A stretch of 63,335 bases of DNA, filler included, from Octopus bimaculoides (Eukaryota), in assembly GCF_001194135.2 (NCBI RefSeq). It is 6 parts of 6 records of this genome, joined end to end, with 100 filler letters (N's around TTAATTAATTAA, not from the genome) between each part and the next. Parts side by side here need not be neighbours in the genome. Positions count along the whole stretch, not along the records: positions 1 to 21,391 come from NC_068983.1; 5 more parts are not named here. One strand, 5' to 3'. Both the position numbers and the translations under genes were made by a program. The notes beneath the pieces were generated by a model. It had not been told where the DNA came from. It worked only from the letters and a program-made list of their open reading frames with translations, and did no database searches. Positions 1 through 10,699 of the stretch are shown piece by piece; positions within the stretch are counted from its first letter, which is position 1, and each line of letters begins with the position of its first letter.

Positions 1-10
1 ACACACACAT

Positions 11-152
11 ATGACGGGCTTCTTTCAGTTTCCGGCTACCAAATCTATTCACAAGGCTTTGGTCGGCCCAAGCTTATAGTAGAAAACACTTGCCCAAGAT
101 GCCGCGTAGTTGGGAAGCAAGCTTCTTACCACACAGCCACTCCAGCGCCTAT
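11..152 (-). mobile_element. SINE family A (tRNA-derived head + CORE-like body), internally deleted
   Basis: Reverse complement matches the copies at 1308, 29875 and 62019 (GGCGCAGGAGTGGCTGTGTGGTAAG...CTTGGGCAAGTGTCTTCTACTATAG...GAAACTGAAAGAAGCCCGTC). The B-box segment is deleted. Confidence 0.85.
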
Positions 153-172
153 TATATATATGCATATTCGTA

Positions 173-462
173 TGGCCTTGTTGTTAGTGTGTTGCAATCT
201 AGACCACTAGATCGTGGTTTCAATTCCCAGACCTGGTGTTGCATTGTGTTCTTGAGTAAAGGACTTCATCTCATGTTCTGTGATCACTTTGACACCTGAC
301 GCGTGGTACACCTGGGTGCACCTGCTCAGACAACGTCGTTTTGATAGAGGGAGTGAGGTAATGTACAGCACATGCATTTGTTGACTATAAACACATCATT
401 TGTGCAGGTCGTTCGGCAGAGTTTCTAACCCTGCCTTATCTAAGGGAAAGAATCATCTTAAG
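173..462 (+). mobile_element. SINE family D (tRNA-like head, distinct body), diverged
   Basis: A-box-like TGGCCTTGTTG and B-box-like GGTTTCAATTCC, then a CORE-like GTTCTTGAGTAAAGGACTT. Its 3' end recurs at 5555-5632. Boundaries are approximate. Confidence 0.5.
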
Positions 463-511
463 GTATATGCGTAGACACGCGCATACACACCCACCCACCC
501 ATCCATCCACC

Positions 512-1165
512 TGTCTATCCAGGACTCAACAATTATTTCTAGGATCTCAATGTAGGCAGCAGAGTTAACTCTAAGGCCTTGTGGAAAGAAGTAAGGAGGC
601 ATCACATGTCTTTCATTACTGACAACCCCTAAAACCATGACAGTTGCAGGACATTTTGTATGCATAACACTTGGAACTTCAGAAGGGTCAGCACATAACC
701 ATCTGTCATTTCTTCAGTTAACTTTTTGATCTTGGTCGAAATTTTTCTCGTTTGAGAAAAACCAAATCAAATCTTCTTCTGCTGCATTTTTCAGTTTGTT
801 TAAGAGCCTTTTAGATCTGATGTAGTGATTTTCTTTTGTTTTTCTGACAAATTGACCTTTCCTCATCTTCGTGGACAACATTTCTGACTGTTCCTTCTGA
901 AATATGGAGATCTTTTGCAATTGACCTCATGAACTTTCTGGGATTGTAATCAATGGTCTGTTGAACTTGCTGGATAAATTCATGTGTTCTGATGATTTTA
1001 GAGCGTTAGAATGCATTTTACGTTTTGATACTAGTGATACGTTTCTTCTTCAGTCTCTAGCTCCTTACAAACTTTGTAGACGAAAGATCTGGCAACTTTT
1101 AAAAATCGAGATATTTCTAAATCTTTATGCTGAGTCTTTATAACCACAATAACAGCATGCAGTTA
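512..1165 (-). pseudogene. Tc1/mariner superfamily transposase remnant, maT/DD37D (Bmmar1)-like; 3' truncated, frameshifted
   Basis: Minus-strand pieces translate to DLEISRFLKVARSFVYKV (HTH), EFIQQVQQTIDYNPRKFMRSIAKDLHISEGTVRNVVHED, WFFSNEKNFDQDQKVN (first catalytic D region) and HTKCPATVMVLGVVSNERHVMPPYFFPQGLRVNSAAYIEILE. Confidence 0.85.
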
Positions 1166-1307
1166 TTATTTTCTGAAACAAATATTATATAGAGTAAGCA
1201 AAAAACGCAGCAATGACACACACACACACACACACATGAAAATACCGAGAAAAATGTTGAAAATGCGTTCAAATTTTCTTTTTTGTATATAAATACATAT
1301 ATATGTA

Positions 1308-1472
1308 TAGGCGCAGGCGTGGCTGTGTGGTAAGAACCTTGCTTCCCAACCACATGGTCCAGGGTTCCATCCCGCTGCGTGGCACATTGTGCAAGTGTCA
1401 TCTATAATAGCCTTGGGCCGACCAAAGCCTTGTGAGTGGATTTGGTAGACGGAAACTGAAAGAAGCCCGTCG
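1308..1472 (+). mobile_element. SINE family A, head and body
   Basis: A box TGGCTGTGTGG, B box GGTTCCATCCC, ends AAGAAGCCCGTCG followed by (TA)n. Confidence 0.9.
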
Positions 1473-1530
1473 TATATATATAATACAAATAATATGTGAG
1501 TATATGCACATATACGTACATGTATGTACA

Positions 1531-1710
1531 TACCTACATCTACATGTATATATAGATGCATATCTGGGTACAGGACGTTGCAAAAAAACGTGGACAAAAT
1601 GATAAACGGAGTACAGAAAACACACAGGCCACATAGAGAACATTTCCTTCATCAGCTGCCACTATTCTGAAACTAAGCGTTTCGAAGAGTTAGGGCAGGA
1701 CGCATTATAT
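1531..1710. repeat. Dispersed repeat, unclassified (possibly Penelope-related)
   Basis: 1531-1572 matches 28771-28812 on another scaffold at 39/42 nt (TACCTACATCTACATGTATATA.AGATGCATATC.GGG.ACA). Confidence 0.55.
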
Positions 1711-3743
1711 TCACACATATACATATAGAGGTAAGAACTTACTGTGTTCAAGGCTGAGTGGCGTTCGATTATAAATAAATAAAATGAAAAATACACATTG
1801 TGTACTGGACATTACCAATAAGAGAAAAGTACAGGACAAAATACCAAAAGGAGATAACTCCTCATCAGTTGTCGGACTGTTTGTTACTCCTATTTCGTGC
1901 TACCCACTATTTTCTTTCTTTCTCTCTATCTCACTGTAACCTTCTTTGCTTCCTCTCTCTGTCTTTCTTCAACTCCCTACTATCTGTCGTTCCTTCTCCC
2001 TTCTCATCACTCCTTTTGTTTCTTTCCCTCATCATCTCTCTGGCCCCCCCTTCTCCTCTGCCTCTGTTACTCACACGTGACTACAGGCCATTTCTATTTC
2101 CCCTTTCTTTTCTGGACTAGACGTTCACCAGGTTGGATGTCATTTTTCTCAGCTCCCCGACATTTTTCTTTCACTACTTTCTTTTCTTCTAATTTTACTA
2201 TTCTACTATTTTCTTCTCTTCTAATTATTCTATTTCCTTCAAAAAATTTCTCCCGGGCGTTACTCATTAGAAGTCGTCTGGGCCTAACGGTCCTTAATGT
2301 TTGTCTTCGTCGATTGTTTACTCTGTACGTTCACTCTGTCGTTTTTTGTTCCTTCGAAGCTCTAACTCTCCATGAATTTTATATTTTAAAAATTTCTGGA
2401 TGCTGCTTTCTTATGAAGTTNNNNNNNNNNNNNNNNNNNNNNNNNNNNNNNNNNNNNNNNNNNNNNNNNNNNNNNNNNNNNNNNNNNNNNNNNNNNNNNN
2501 NNNNNNNNNNNNNNNNNNNNNNNNNNNNNNNNNNNNNNNNNNNNNNNNNNNNNNNNNNNNNNNNNNNNNNNNNNNNNNNNNNNNNNNNNNNNNNNNNNNN
2601 NNNNNNNNNNNNNNNNNNNNNNNNNNNNNNNNNNNNNNNNNNNNNNNNNNNNNNNNNNNNNNNNNNNNNNNNNNNNNNNNNNNNNNNNNNNNNNNNNNNN
2701 NNNNNNNNNNNNNNNNNNNNNNNNNNNNNNNNNNNNNNNNNNNNNNNNNNNNNNNNNNNNNNNNNNNNNNNNNNNNNNNNNNNNNNNNNNNNNNNNNNNN
2801 NNNNNNNNNNNNNNNNNNNNNNNNNNNNNNNNNNNNNNNNNNNNNNNNNNNNNNNNNNNNNNNNNNNNNNNNNNNNNNNNNNNNNNNNNNNNNNNNNNNN
2901 NNNNNNNNNNNNNNNNNNNNNNNNNNNTGTTACACACATAGATACGCACAGCGTAATTTATTATATAAACAATATATGCGTATAAATTACGATTAAACCG
3001 GATGAAATATGTCACAGGGAATAACATTTTTATGACCGCCCAGCAGTAACTCTTATTCAGCTGAATAGACGTCAGTGATTGGTTGAAAATACAGAAATAC
3101 GACAACTTTAACATGGAATAACTTACGAATTCCTTTTTTTTGTTAAGAAGACTAAGAGTAAAAGATGTTTTATATGACACATTCTACCAGTGTCCCAAGT
3201 TTCAAAGTGTTTCGTTAGTGTTTCGTTAAGAAAATACTGGTGCCCCCGTTTTGAAATAGATCCCTCGTTGGTGATGTCCTGTACACAATGTGTATTTTCC
3301 TTATATATAATAATAATAAATGTGTGTATGTGTGTCTTTGTGTCTGTGTTTGTCTCACAGCACCGCTTGACAACCTGTGTTGACAGACCGATTGAAACTG
3401 ACAATACCACGAAAACAGACGAGCATTAAAAACGAATCCAAAAGCTGTTGACGGAACAATGAAATAATTAGCAACAACAGCCGGAGTAGCAGTAGCAGTA
3501 GCAATACTAACAACAACAACAACAACAGCAGCAGCAGCAGCAGCACAGACACACACTCGCGCCTGCTAGGCTCCTTCACAATTTCTGTTTCACATATTCG
3601 ATTTACAAAGCATGAACCAACTATAGGCGGAGTGAAACGATTGGATGCGGTTGTTTGGACGCTGGTGATGTGGTACAGCTAACAGGACACCCCCACACAA
3701 ACACACACCACACGCACGCACGTATGTACACATACACACACAT

Positions 3744-3782
<39 letters not shown>

Positions 3783-3811
3783 TGCCCTAGCAGAAATATG
3801 CACTTACTAGT

Positions 3812-4057
3812 GTATACATAACGGCGGCGAGCTGGCAGAAACGTTAGCACGCCGGACGAAATGCTTAGCGGTATTTCGTCTGCCGTTACGTTCTGAGTTC
3901 AAATTCCGCCGAGGTCGACTTTGCCTTTCATCCTTTCGGGGTCGATAAATTAAGTACCAGTTACGCACTGGGGTCGATGTAATCGACTTAATCCTTTTGT
4001 CTGTCCTTGTTTGTCCCCCCTATGTTTAGTCTCTTGTGGGAAATAAAGAAATAAGAA
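3812..4057 (+). mobile_element. SINE family B, full length, with 20-bp TSD
   Basis: Head GGCGGCGAGCTGGCAGAAACGTTAG, B box GAGTTCAAATTCC, central GCCTTTCATCCTTTCGGGGTCGATAAA, tail CAATAAAGAAATAAGAA-like. TSD AGAAATATRCACTTACTAGT at 3792-3811 and 4054-4073 (1 mismatch). Confidence 0.92.
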
Positions 4058-5554
4058 ATATACACTTACTAGTAAAAGGAAGGAAAGAGGAAGGAGGGAC
4101 AAAGAAAGGGAACGAAGGAGAGAGCGAATGTGTGAGTGACAACGGAGGCAGAGAATAAGTGAAACCTTAAAACGTCTGATGTCAAAGAAGTCAGCATCGA
4201 TTCAGCGACGCCATATATATATATATATATATATATGCGGCGCCAAAACGGCTATGCCAAAAGGTAGCATACCTAGCAATAGGCTATTATTGAAGAATGT
4301 GCTCTAGGAACCACGCTGTTTGATTGAACCCGGAATCTTGTGTTAGTGAGGCAAACACCCCACGTGCAAAGCCATAACTGCATCTATTTAACGCACTGTA
4401 ATCTTTAGTTTTGTGGAGCCTAACATAGACAATGTACTACTGAATCCGTCCCCATTGTTAATAAATTGAAACAACACTCATAACGTAAACGTAAGCATCA
4501 GCGTTAATGCTAAATTTTGTGAAGAAATGTAAGGGAGAGAAATCCGAATTACAAATTGATTACAAATTGTATAGCTGAGAAAATTTAGACAGAAGTGAAT
4601 TCTGACCTTTGGCAAGCCCAGGGATAATCGTGGATAAGTTTCGGTGTTATTAGAACTCCTCAGTGAAAAAAACAACAACAAATAACATCTATTCTTAATA
4701 CCGAGAAGATATATGTTTTGATTGAAAAAGATTCACTGACTAGGCCGTTTAAAATAATAAGATTGGAAATTTCCTCTGCGACGCCTTCTGCACAAAGGAC
4801 ATACAGTTGAGTGCAGGATGATATACTTGATGGAACGAGCCAATTTTTATATGAAGACAAATGTTATAATTACAGTTTAAAATTACACAAATACTGTAGA
4901 GTAAAATTAAGAAAAAAAATATATATATACATTAGTGTTAATGTAGTTCTTTCAAGAAATGCAAAGGAGGCAACTAAGATAATCTCAATTAATCGAAAAT
5001 AGTATAGTGACATGTAGTTAAGATTTTTAATATTTTAATATCGTCCGTCAATATCCCATAGTCAAATCCCGCTGTGATATGATCGTAACAAATGAGATAA
5101 AGTAAGAACTAGAAATTAATAGATTTCGATTCAACCAAATTTACTCCCTTACACATTTGAGGAGAGAAGCAGGTTTGACCTCAGAATGCAGAAAGATGCA
5201 AAAGAAAAGAAAAAAAAAACTAAAACTAAAACAAAATATAACAAAACTATAAATTTCCGGAATAGGTTTAATCGGTTATATCGATTCCATTACATGACAA
5301 CTGTTTTATTCTATCGACAAAGTCTCATAAAGTAGGACAAAACTAAATATCACATTTTACTGATATGGTCAGTCCAACACATTTTCCTTTATAGTTTTGC
5401 ATAAAATTTGCATATTATATTGTTTATTCCTGTAGGAGAAGGGAGAGTAAAAAAAAATAAATCATATATGAAAATGAACGAAAATGAGAGCAATCTAAAA
5501 ACATGACAGCTAAAGTAAACAAGAGTTACATACCTTGAACATTTCTGATTTTCC

Positions 5555-5632
5555 AACTCTGCCTTATCTAAGGGAAAGAATCATCTTAATGTATATGCGT
5601 AAAAGCGCGCATACACATCCACCCATCCATCC
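5555..5632 (+). repeat. Copy of SINE-D 3' end plus adjacent sequence
   Basis: Closely matches 427-509, including the exact run CTGCCTTATCTAAGGGAAAGAATCATCTTAA. Confidence 0.7.
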
Positions 5633-5635
5633 GCC

Positions 5636-5671
<36 letters not shown>

Positions 5672-6143
5672 CATATGTATACATGAACACACACATACAC
5701 ACACACCTACAAGCACACATACGCCAGCATACACGACCAGTGTCCATATAGTTTTCGTCGACCAAATTTCTCTTACCTGGTATTTATAAACCAAAGCTAT
5801 AGAAGAAAACCCTTGCCCAAGGTTTCATGCAACAGGTGCTAATCCAAAGCCGAGTGGTTGCAAAGTAATTTTCTCAACTAACTCAGATATACCTATACTT
5901 ATTGTTAACCACATATCCATGTCTATACGTATAACTGAATTATGAAGAATACGTTTTTCAGTTTGGTCATTATTGATTTGGTATGAATTTTCTGAAGTCG
6001 TAACTAATTCCTTTTTAACCTACAGTGCAGCTATCTGTTCCTTGCATTGTATTAGTACGCTCCAGCACAGTGTACAACTTGAGAATCACTGCATAATGGA
6101 TTGAAAAGCTAGTCTGGAAACTCAATTCATAAAAGAAAAGCAA

Positions 6144-6280
6144 TAGCTTGCTTACCAACCACATGATTACGGGTTCAGTCCCACTGGGTGGCACCTTGGG
6201 CAAGTGTCCTCTACTATAGCCCGGACCGACTAAAGCCTTGTGAGTGGATTTGGTAGACGGAAACTGAAAGAAGCCCGTCG
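6144..6280 (+). mobile_element. SINE family A, 5' truncated
   Basis: Matches family A from TAGCTTGCTTACCAACC to AAGAAGCCCGTCG; followed by an N gap. Confidence 0.88.
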
Positions 6281-6910
6281 CATATATGTNNNNNNNNNNN
6301 NNNNNNNNNNNNNNNNNNNNNNNNNNNNNNNNNNNNNNNNNNNNNNNNNNNNNNNNNNNNNNNNNNNNNNNNNNNNNNNNNNNNNNNNNNNNNNNNNNNN
6401 NNNNNNNNNNNNNNNNNNNNNNNNNNNNNNNNNNNNNNNNNNNNNNNNNNNNNNNNNNNNNNNNNNNNNNNNNNNNNNNNNNNNNNNNNNNNNNNNNNNN
6501 NNNNNNNNNNNNNNNNNNNNNNNNNNNNNNNNNNNNNNNNNNNNNNNNNNNNNNNNNNNNNNNNNNNNNNNNNNNNNNNNNNNNNNNNNNNNNNNNNNNN
6601 NNNNNNNNNNNNNNNNNNNNNNNNNNNNNNNNNNNNNNNNNNNNNNNNNNNNNNNNNNNNNNNNNNNNNNNNNNNNNNNNNNNNNNNNNNNNNNNNNNNN
6701 NNNNNNNNNNNNNNNNNNNNNNNNNNNNNNNNNNNNNNNNNNNNNNNNNNNNNNNNNNNNNNNNNNNNNNNNNNNNNNNNNNNNNNNNNNNNNNNNNNNN
6801 NNNNNNNNNNNNNNNNNNNNNNNNNNNNNNNNNNNNNNNNNNNNNNNNNNNNNNNNNNNNNNNNNNNNNNNNNNNNNNNNNNNNNNNNNNNNNNNNNNNN
6901 NNNNNNNNNN

Positions 6911-7059
6911 ATTATATATTTATAATCAAATATTATTATGAATTGTTTGAAAACGCACAAATATTGTAGAAGTTTAACCAGTTTATTGCACATAAAGTTT
7001 AGCAATAATGTCTTATATGGACCCCCAAATGTTATATGGACCTCGGTTGAGAAACACTG
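6911..7059. mobile_element. Possible end of a hAT-like MITE
   Basis: Ends GGTTGAGAAACACTG; the reverse complement CAGTGTTTCTCAACC resembles hAT/Charlie-type terminal inverted repeats (TIRs). The partner end is not visible and may lie in the gap. Confidence 0.35.
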
Positions 7060-7174
7060 ATTTAAGTTTTGTTCAACAATATTTACCTCGCTTCAAAGCA
7101 GGTATACTCTCAATGAACTGAAGTTATTGTGTTCATCACGTTACGAATGTTTACTATGATATTTTAGTTTTAGA

Positions 7175-7214
<40 letters not shown>

Positions 7215-7414
7215 TATTATTATTATTATTATTATCATTATTCGATCTCAGTACTTATTTTACCGATGTCTCATATTCAAAAGACATATATTCAACACAT
7301 TCGTATTTACACATCGACACCTACTCAAACACACACTTACACAAACACACAAAACGAAAAACATAAATATTCTCACACACATATACTATATATGTATGTC
7401 TGTATACATGCATG

Positions 7415-7416
<2 letters not shown>

Positions 7417-7508
<92 letters not shown>
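7417..7508. repeat. (CA)n microsatellite
   Basis: About 45 uninterrupted CA units, directly abutting the LINE fragment at 7509. Confidence 0.97.
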
Positions 7509-7510
<2 letters not shown>

Positions 7511-8090
7511 GTGCTACATTGGAAACTGCGGAAAGTGGGGGCTAGAGAGAGAGGCAAGACGTAGTATGAGCACAAACCGCAGAGAGTAACCGAGTCGGAG
7601 ACTAGCAAAATCCTCTGGGATTTCCCAACCAGTTACTAGATCAGGTGCTAGAGCATAACAGACCGGAGCTAGTGGTGGTGGACAAGGTGCACCACATATG
7701 CTATATAGTTGATATTGCATGCCACTTTGACCCACGAATAGCCAAGAAGGAAGGCGAAAAGATGGATAGATACAACCCTCTTAAGTACAAAATAGCCCGG
7801 CTGTGGAAAGTGAAGAAGGTGAAGATAGTGCCAATTTTTGTTGGGTCCTTCGGAATGGTATCAGAAGGCATCAAGAGGAATATAAAAGAAATTGGAATAG
7901 AGTGCCCAGTAGAACTGTTAGAAAAGGTTTGCCTCCTTGGCACAGCCAGAAAAATCAGGAAAGTATTAGATAGCTGAAAAGAACGAATAGCATGGTACCA
8001 TAGGCTGCAGGTAGTAAACCCGCTACGCATGCAACACTCCAGGAGCTCCAACAAAACCTGTGATAAAGAGAAGATGATGATGATGATGAT
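7509..8090 (+). mobile_element. Non-LTR retrotransposon 3' fragment, restriction-like endonuclease (RLE) domain, R4/Dong-like; family 1
   Basis: Frameshifted KVLHWKL, YEHKPQRVTESETSKILWDFP, then ORF 7645-7977 LEHNRPELVVVDK...DIACHFD...KEGEKMDRY...VPIFVGSFG...LLGTARKIRKVLDS. Short 3' UTR and (GAT)n tail. Confidence 0.88.
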
Positions 8091-8445
8091 AATTCGTTTC
8101 TTTATTGGCTACCAGGGCCGAACATAAAACATAAAGGACAATACACAGACGAGAGACAGTGGGGCTTAAACGTGTAAACAGCAAAAATACACAATAAGCA
8201 ACAAGGAGATTAAGCCAACAATTCACTTCCCTAATCAGTGGGGGAGTTCCACCGAGAGGTGACCAAAGAAACTTCACAAGGTCTTCCGTTGTTTATCTTT
8301 ATATAAGGAAACCGTGTCGAGCAAATTTGGTTGTGATGCGTGTGCCTGGCGTACTCTTATCAGACGGATAGTCATGATGGCTATATTGGGCCTCGTATAT
8401 TTGTACCCCAGTGTCACTTTGGTGGCATTCATTGCTCTCTCATTC
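8091..8445 (-). mobile_element. Probable LINE 3' end/3' UTR (L1/Tx1-like), tail-to-tail with RLE family 1
   Basis: Minus strand ends TATGTTCGGCCCTGGTAGCCAATAAAGAAACGAATT(ATC)n, with a polyA-signal-like AATAAA, and matches the SINE-B tail at 25/31 nt. The clade call is from recall only. Confidence 0.5.

Positions 8446-8504
<59 letters not shown>
8446..8504. repeat. (AAT)n microsatellite
   Basis: Perfect AAT run; left flank of RLE family 2. Confidence 0.97.
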
Positions 8505-8505
<1 letters not shown>

Positions 8506-8779
8506 TCGAATGTGGAATCTAAAAACAGAAACAATTCCTATCATAGTAGGTGCCTTAGGTATAAAAAAAAATGTTCAGACAAATACATAACAAAAACACC
8601 AGGACTTACAAATATATATAACATACAGAAAATTGCACTACTGGGCACTGCACACATCCTACGCAAAACACTTTCAATACAGTAACCATAAGAGCATCAC
8701 AGCAAACCACAGCACATACCCAAGGCACACAGAGCTGCGCTCGGTAGTGAAGTGAAGGCACGTTATAAAAATAAAGCTA

Positions 8780-8783
<4 letters not shown>
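8505..8783 (+). mobile_element. RLE-type LINE extreme 3' fragment inserted in (TAA)n; family 2
   Basis: MWNLKTETIPIIVGALG (frameshift at polyA) ...TPGLTNIYNIQKIALLGTAHILRKTLSIQ* (stop 8683-8685), then 3' UTR. Flanked on both sides by (TAA)n. Confidence 0.88.
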
Positions 8784-8865
<82 letters not shown>

Positions 8866-8905
8866 TAACAATAATAATAATAATTATTATTATTATCATT
8901 ATCAT
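8784..8905. repeat. (AAT)n then inverted (TTA)n microsatellite
   Basis: Long AAT run switching to ATT/ATC units near 8882. Confidence 0.95.
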
Positions 8906-8917
8906 AATTATAATAAT

Positions 8918-9112
8918 CCCATCGGGATGGAATTTGGTCTTGGTAAATTTGCCAAGGCCACTTTCCAGAAAGAGAAATTGGAGGCCTCATATTCAGTGGT
9001 GTTAGATGTTGACAAAGTCATAAAAGAACTCGAGCAGGAACAAACTTCCAAATACCTCGGAATAAATGAGAGCGCTGGCATTCAGCATGCAAGCATGAAA
9101 GAAAACATAATA
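8918..9112 (+). mobile_element. Reverse transcriptase fragment (last RT motifs) of an R4/Dong-like LINE
   Basis: IGMEFGLGKFAKATFQKEKL...IKELEQEQTSKYLGINESAGIQHASMKENI, matching the GMEFGLDKC and KYLG motifs of RLE-clade RTs. Confidence 0.8.
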
Positions 9113-9700
9113 ATGTTAAGTGGGGATATGAGGTTACGGGTGCTTGGTACTAACATACACCGGAAAAGGTAATGGACGAAAAGGGGAAGGCAAAATTCTC
9201 TGGGACTTTGATTTCCAGACAGACAAGTTGTTAGAGCACCGAAGGCCAGATATAGTAACCTTTAGTAACAGACAAGAGTGCCTAATAAACGACGTGGAGT
9301 GCCAGGAGATCAACATATCATCATTAAAGAAAGAGAAAAGATTGATAAATATGGAGACCTGAGAATTGAGATCGCTAAGATGTGGCGGCTACGAGAGTCA
9401 AGTATAAAGGTTATCTTTATTGTTATCGGAGCATTGGGTTCAATACCACCCAATCTGAAAAAAAAAAAAAAACATTTGAAAACCTTAGAAATACCCTACA
9501 ATCTAAATGTATTGCAAAAGTCGGCATTACTTGGAACTGCACGCATATTGCGTAAAGTAATCTCTGTCTGAGGTCCTTGTGACTTGACAAACAGTACAAA
9601 CCCCTGGTAGACACAATATCTTCAACTAACAACCTCATGATATTGTATACTGTGCGACGTCTATAATGATCATAAAAATAACTAATAATAACGCAATAGG
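9113..9700 (+). mobile_element. RLE-type LINE 3' fragment; family 3
   Basis: Frameshifted HTPEKVMDEKG, KILWDFDFQTDKLLEHRRPDIV, VPGDQHIIIKEREKIDKYGDLRIEIAKMW...IVIGALGSIP...LQKSALLGTARILRKVISV* (9571). 3' UTR ends in AATAA-type repeats. Confidence 0.88.
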
Positions 9701-10648
9701 AATAAAATGTCAAATGTTTTGGTGCGTAACTTTTGGACCATTCTGTATATTACTGAAGATTAGATCGAACATATCAAAAACCACTTGCATATCTCATTGT
9801 TACTAATAAATTTCACCACTGAGTACTGAAGACATGTTAATCCTATGATGATGATAAGGTAACCGGAATGAGATCGTTGGTGTGAGGTTGCACATTTGAA
9901 GATAATGTTTCGAGTGTTGAGAACCACTCGTTACGCGAACCATTTGTTGCGTTTACGTCAACCTTAGGAATACGCCGTGCCATTCTGCTCAACGAGAATC
10001 AGTCACTTAGTGATCGATTAAAATTTAGCCAAATCTATTATTTGTGCTAAAGAACCCAGACAAATACTCAACAGCACAACGTTAGCGATCAACGAACTTA
10101 ACGATATTTCTATAATGACGTCGAATTATACGAAAGAATTAAAATCTGCACAATTACACGTGGTCATGATTCAAACAATTACGTAAAATGAAATAACTTA
10201 TAGAAAAGTTGTCTGGAATGTTATATTTTTTTTATTGTGGATATCTGTGTTACATGTGGATAGTTGTTCACATAAAATATAAAATATGTAATTTAGGAGG
10301 GGAAAAAAAACCGGTTGTTTAGCGAATGTGTACATTGCCTCAACTCGAAACTGTAACTTCATAATTGATAAACGGCATTGAATCAGTTATAAACTTACAG
10401 TCACCGTTGTAATTATACTGTTACTATTTTTATCTAAATCAAATGATAATGAAATTGAAGTTAATTCTCTGTCTATTAAAAGGTTATACAAAGAATTCAA
10501 GAATAAATGCTATACACCTGTCTTCGTTTATCACGGATGTTTGGTTAAAAAAAAAAATCAGTGTTAAATGAATCACTGATAAAAAAAAATAATAACGTGG
10601 AGAAACTAGGTTTCGTCTTGAGGCCAGCAAATTGTTCTGAGCATAAAG

Positions 10649-10693
10649 TGGCGAGCTGGCAGAAACGTTAGCACGCCGAGCGAAATACTTAGT
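10649..10693 (+). mobile_element. SINE family B head only
   Basis: TGGCGAGCTGGCAGAAACGTTAGCACGCCGAGCGAAATACTTAG, about 90% identical to the head at 3823; stops abruptly. Confidence 0.8.
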
Positions 10694-10699
10694 ATGTGT

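Noticed and set aside
1640-1700. Permuted (type II) hammerhead on the minus strand (GAAAC before CTGATGA)
   Set aside because: Stem I does not pair and stem II is out of register with the core.
1760-2420. Possible LINE ORF1-like, K/E/R-rich minus-strand remnant
   Set aside because: Multiple stops and no motif I can name; purine bias alone can explain the composition. Left unannotated.
1897-2985. 362-aa ORF and other long ORFs containing X runs
   Set aside because: Length comes from translating N gaps.
8314-8871. Poly-Asn and poly-Leu ORFs
   Set aside because: (AAT)n microsatellite read through; only the C-terminal part is real LINE coding remnant.
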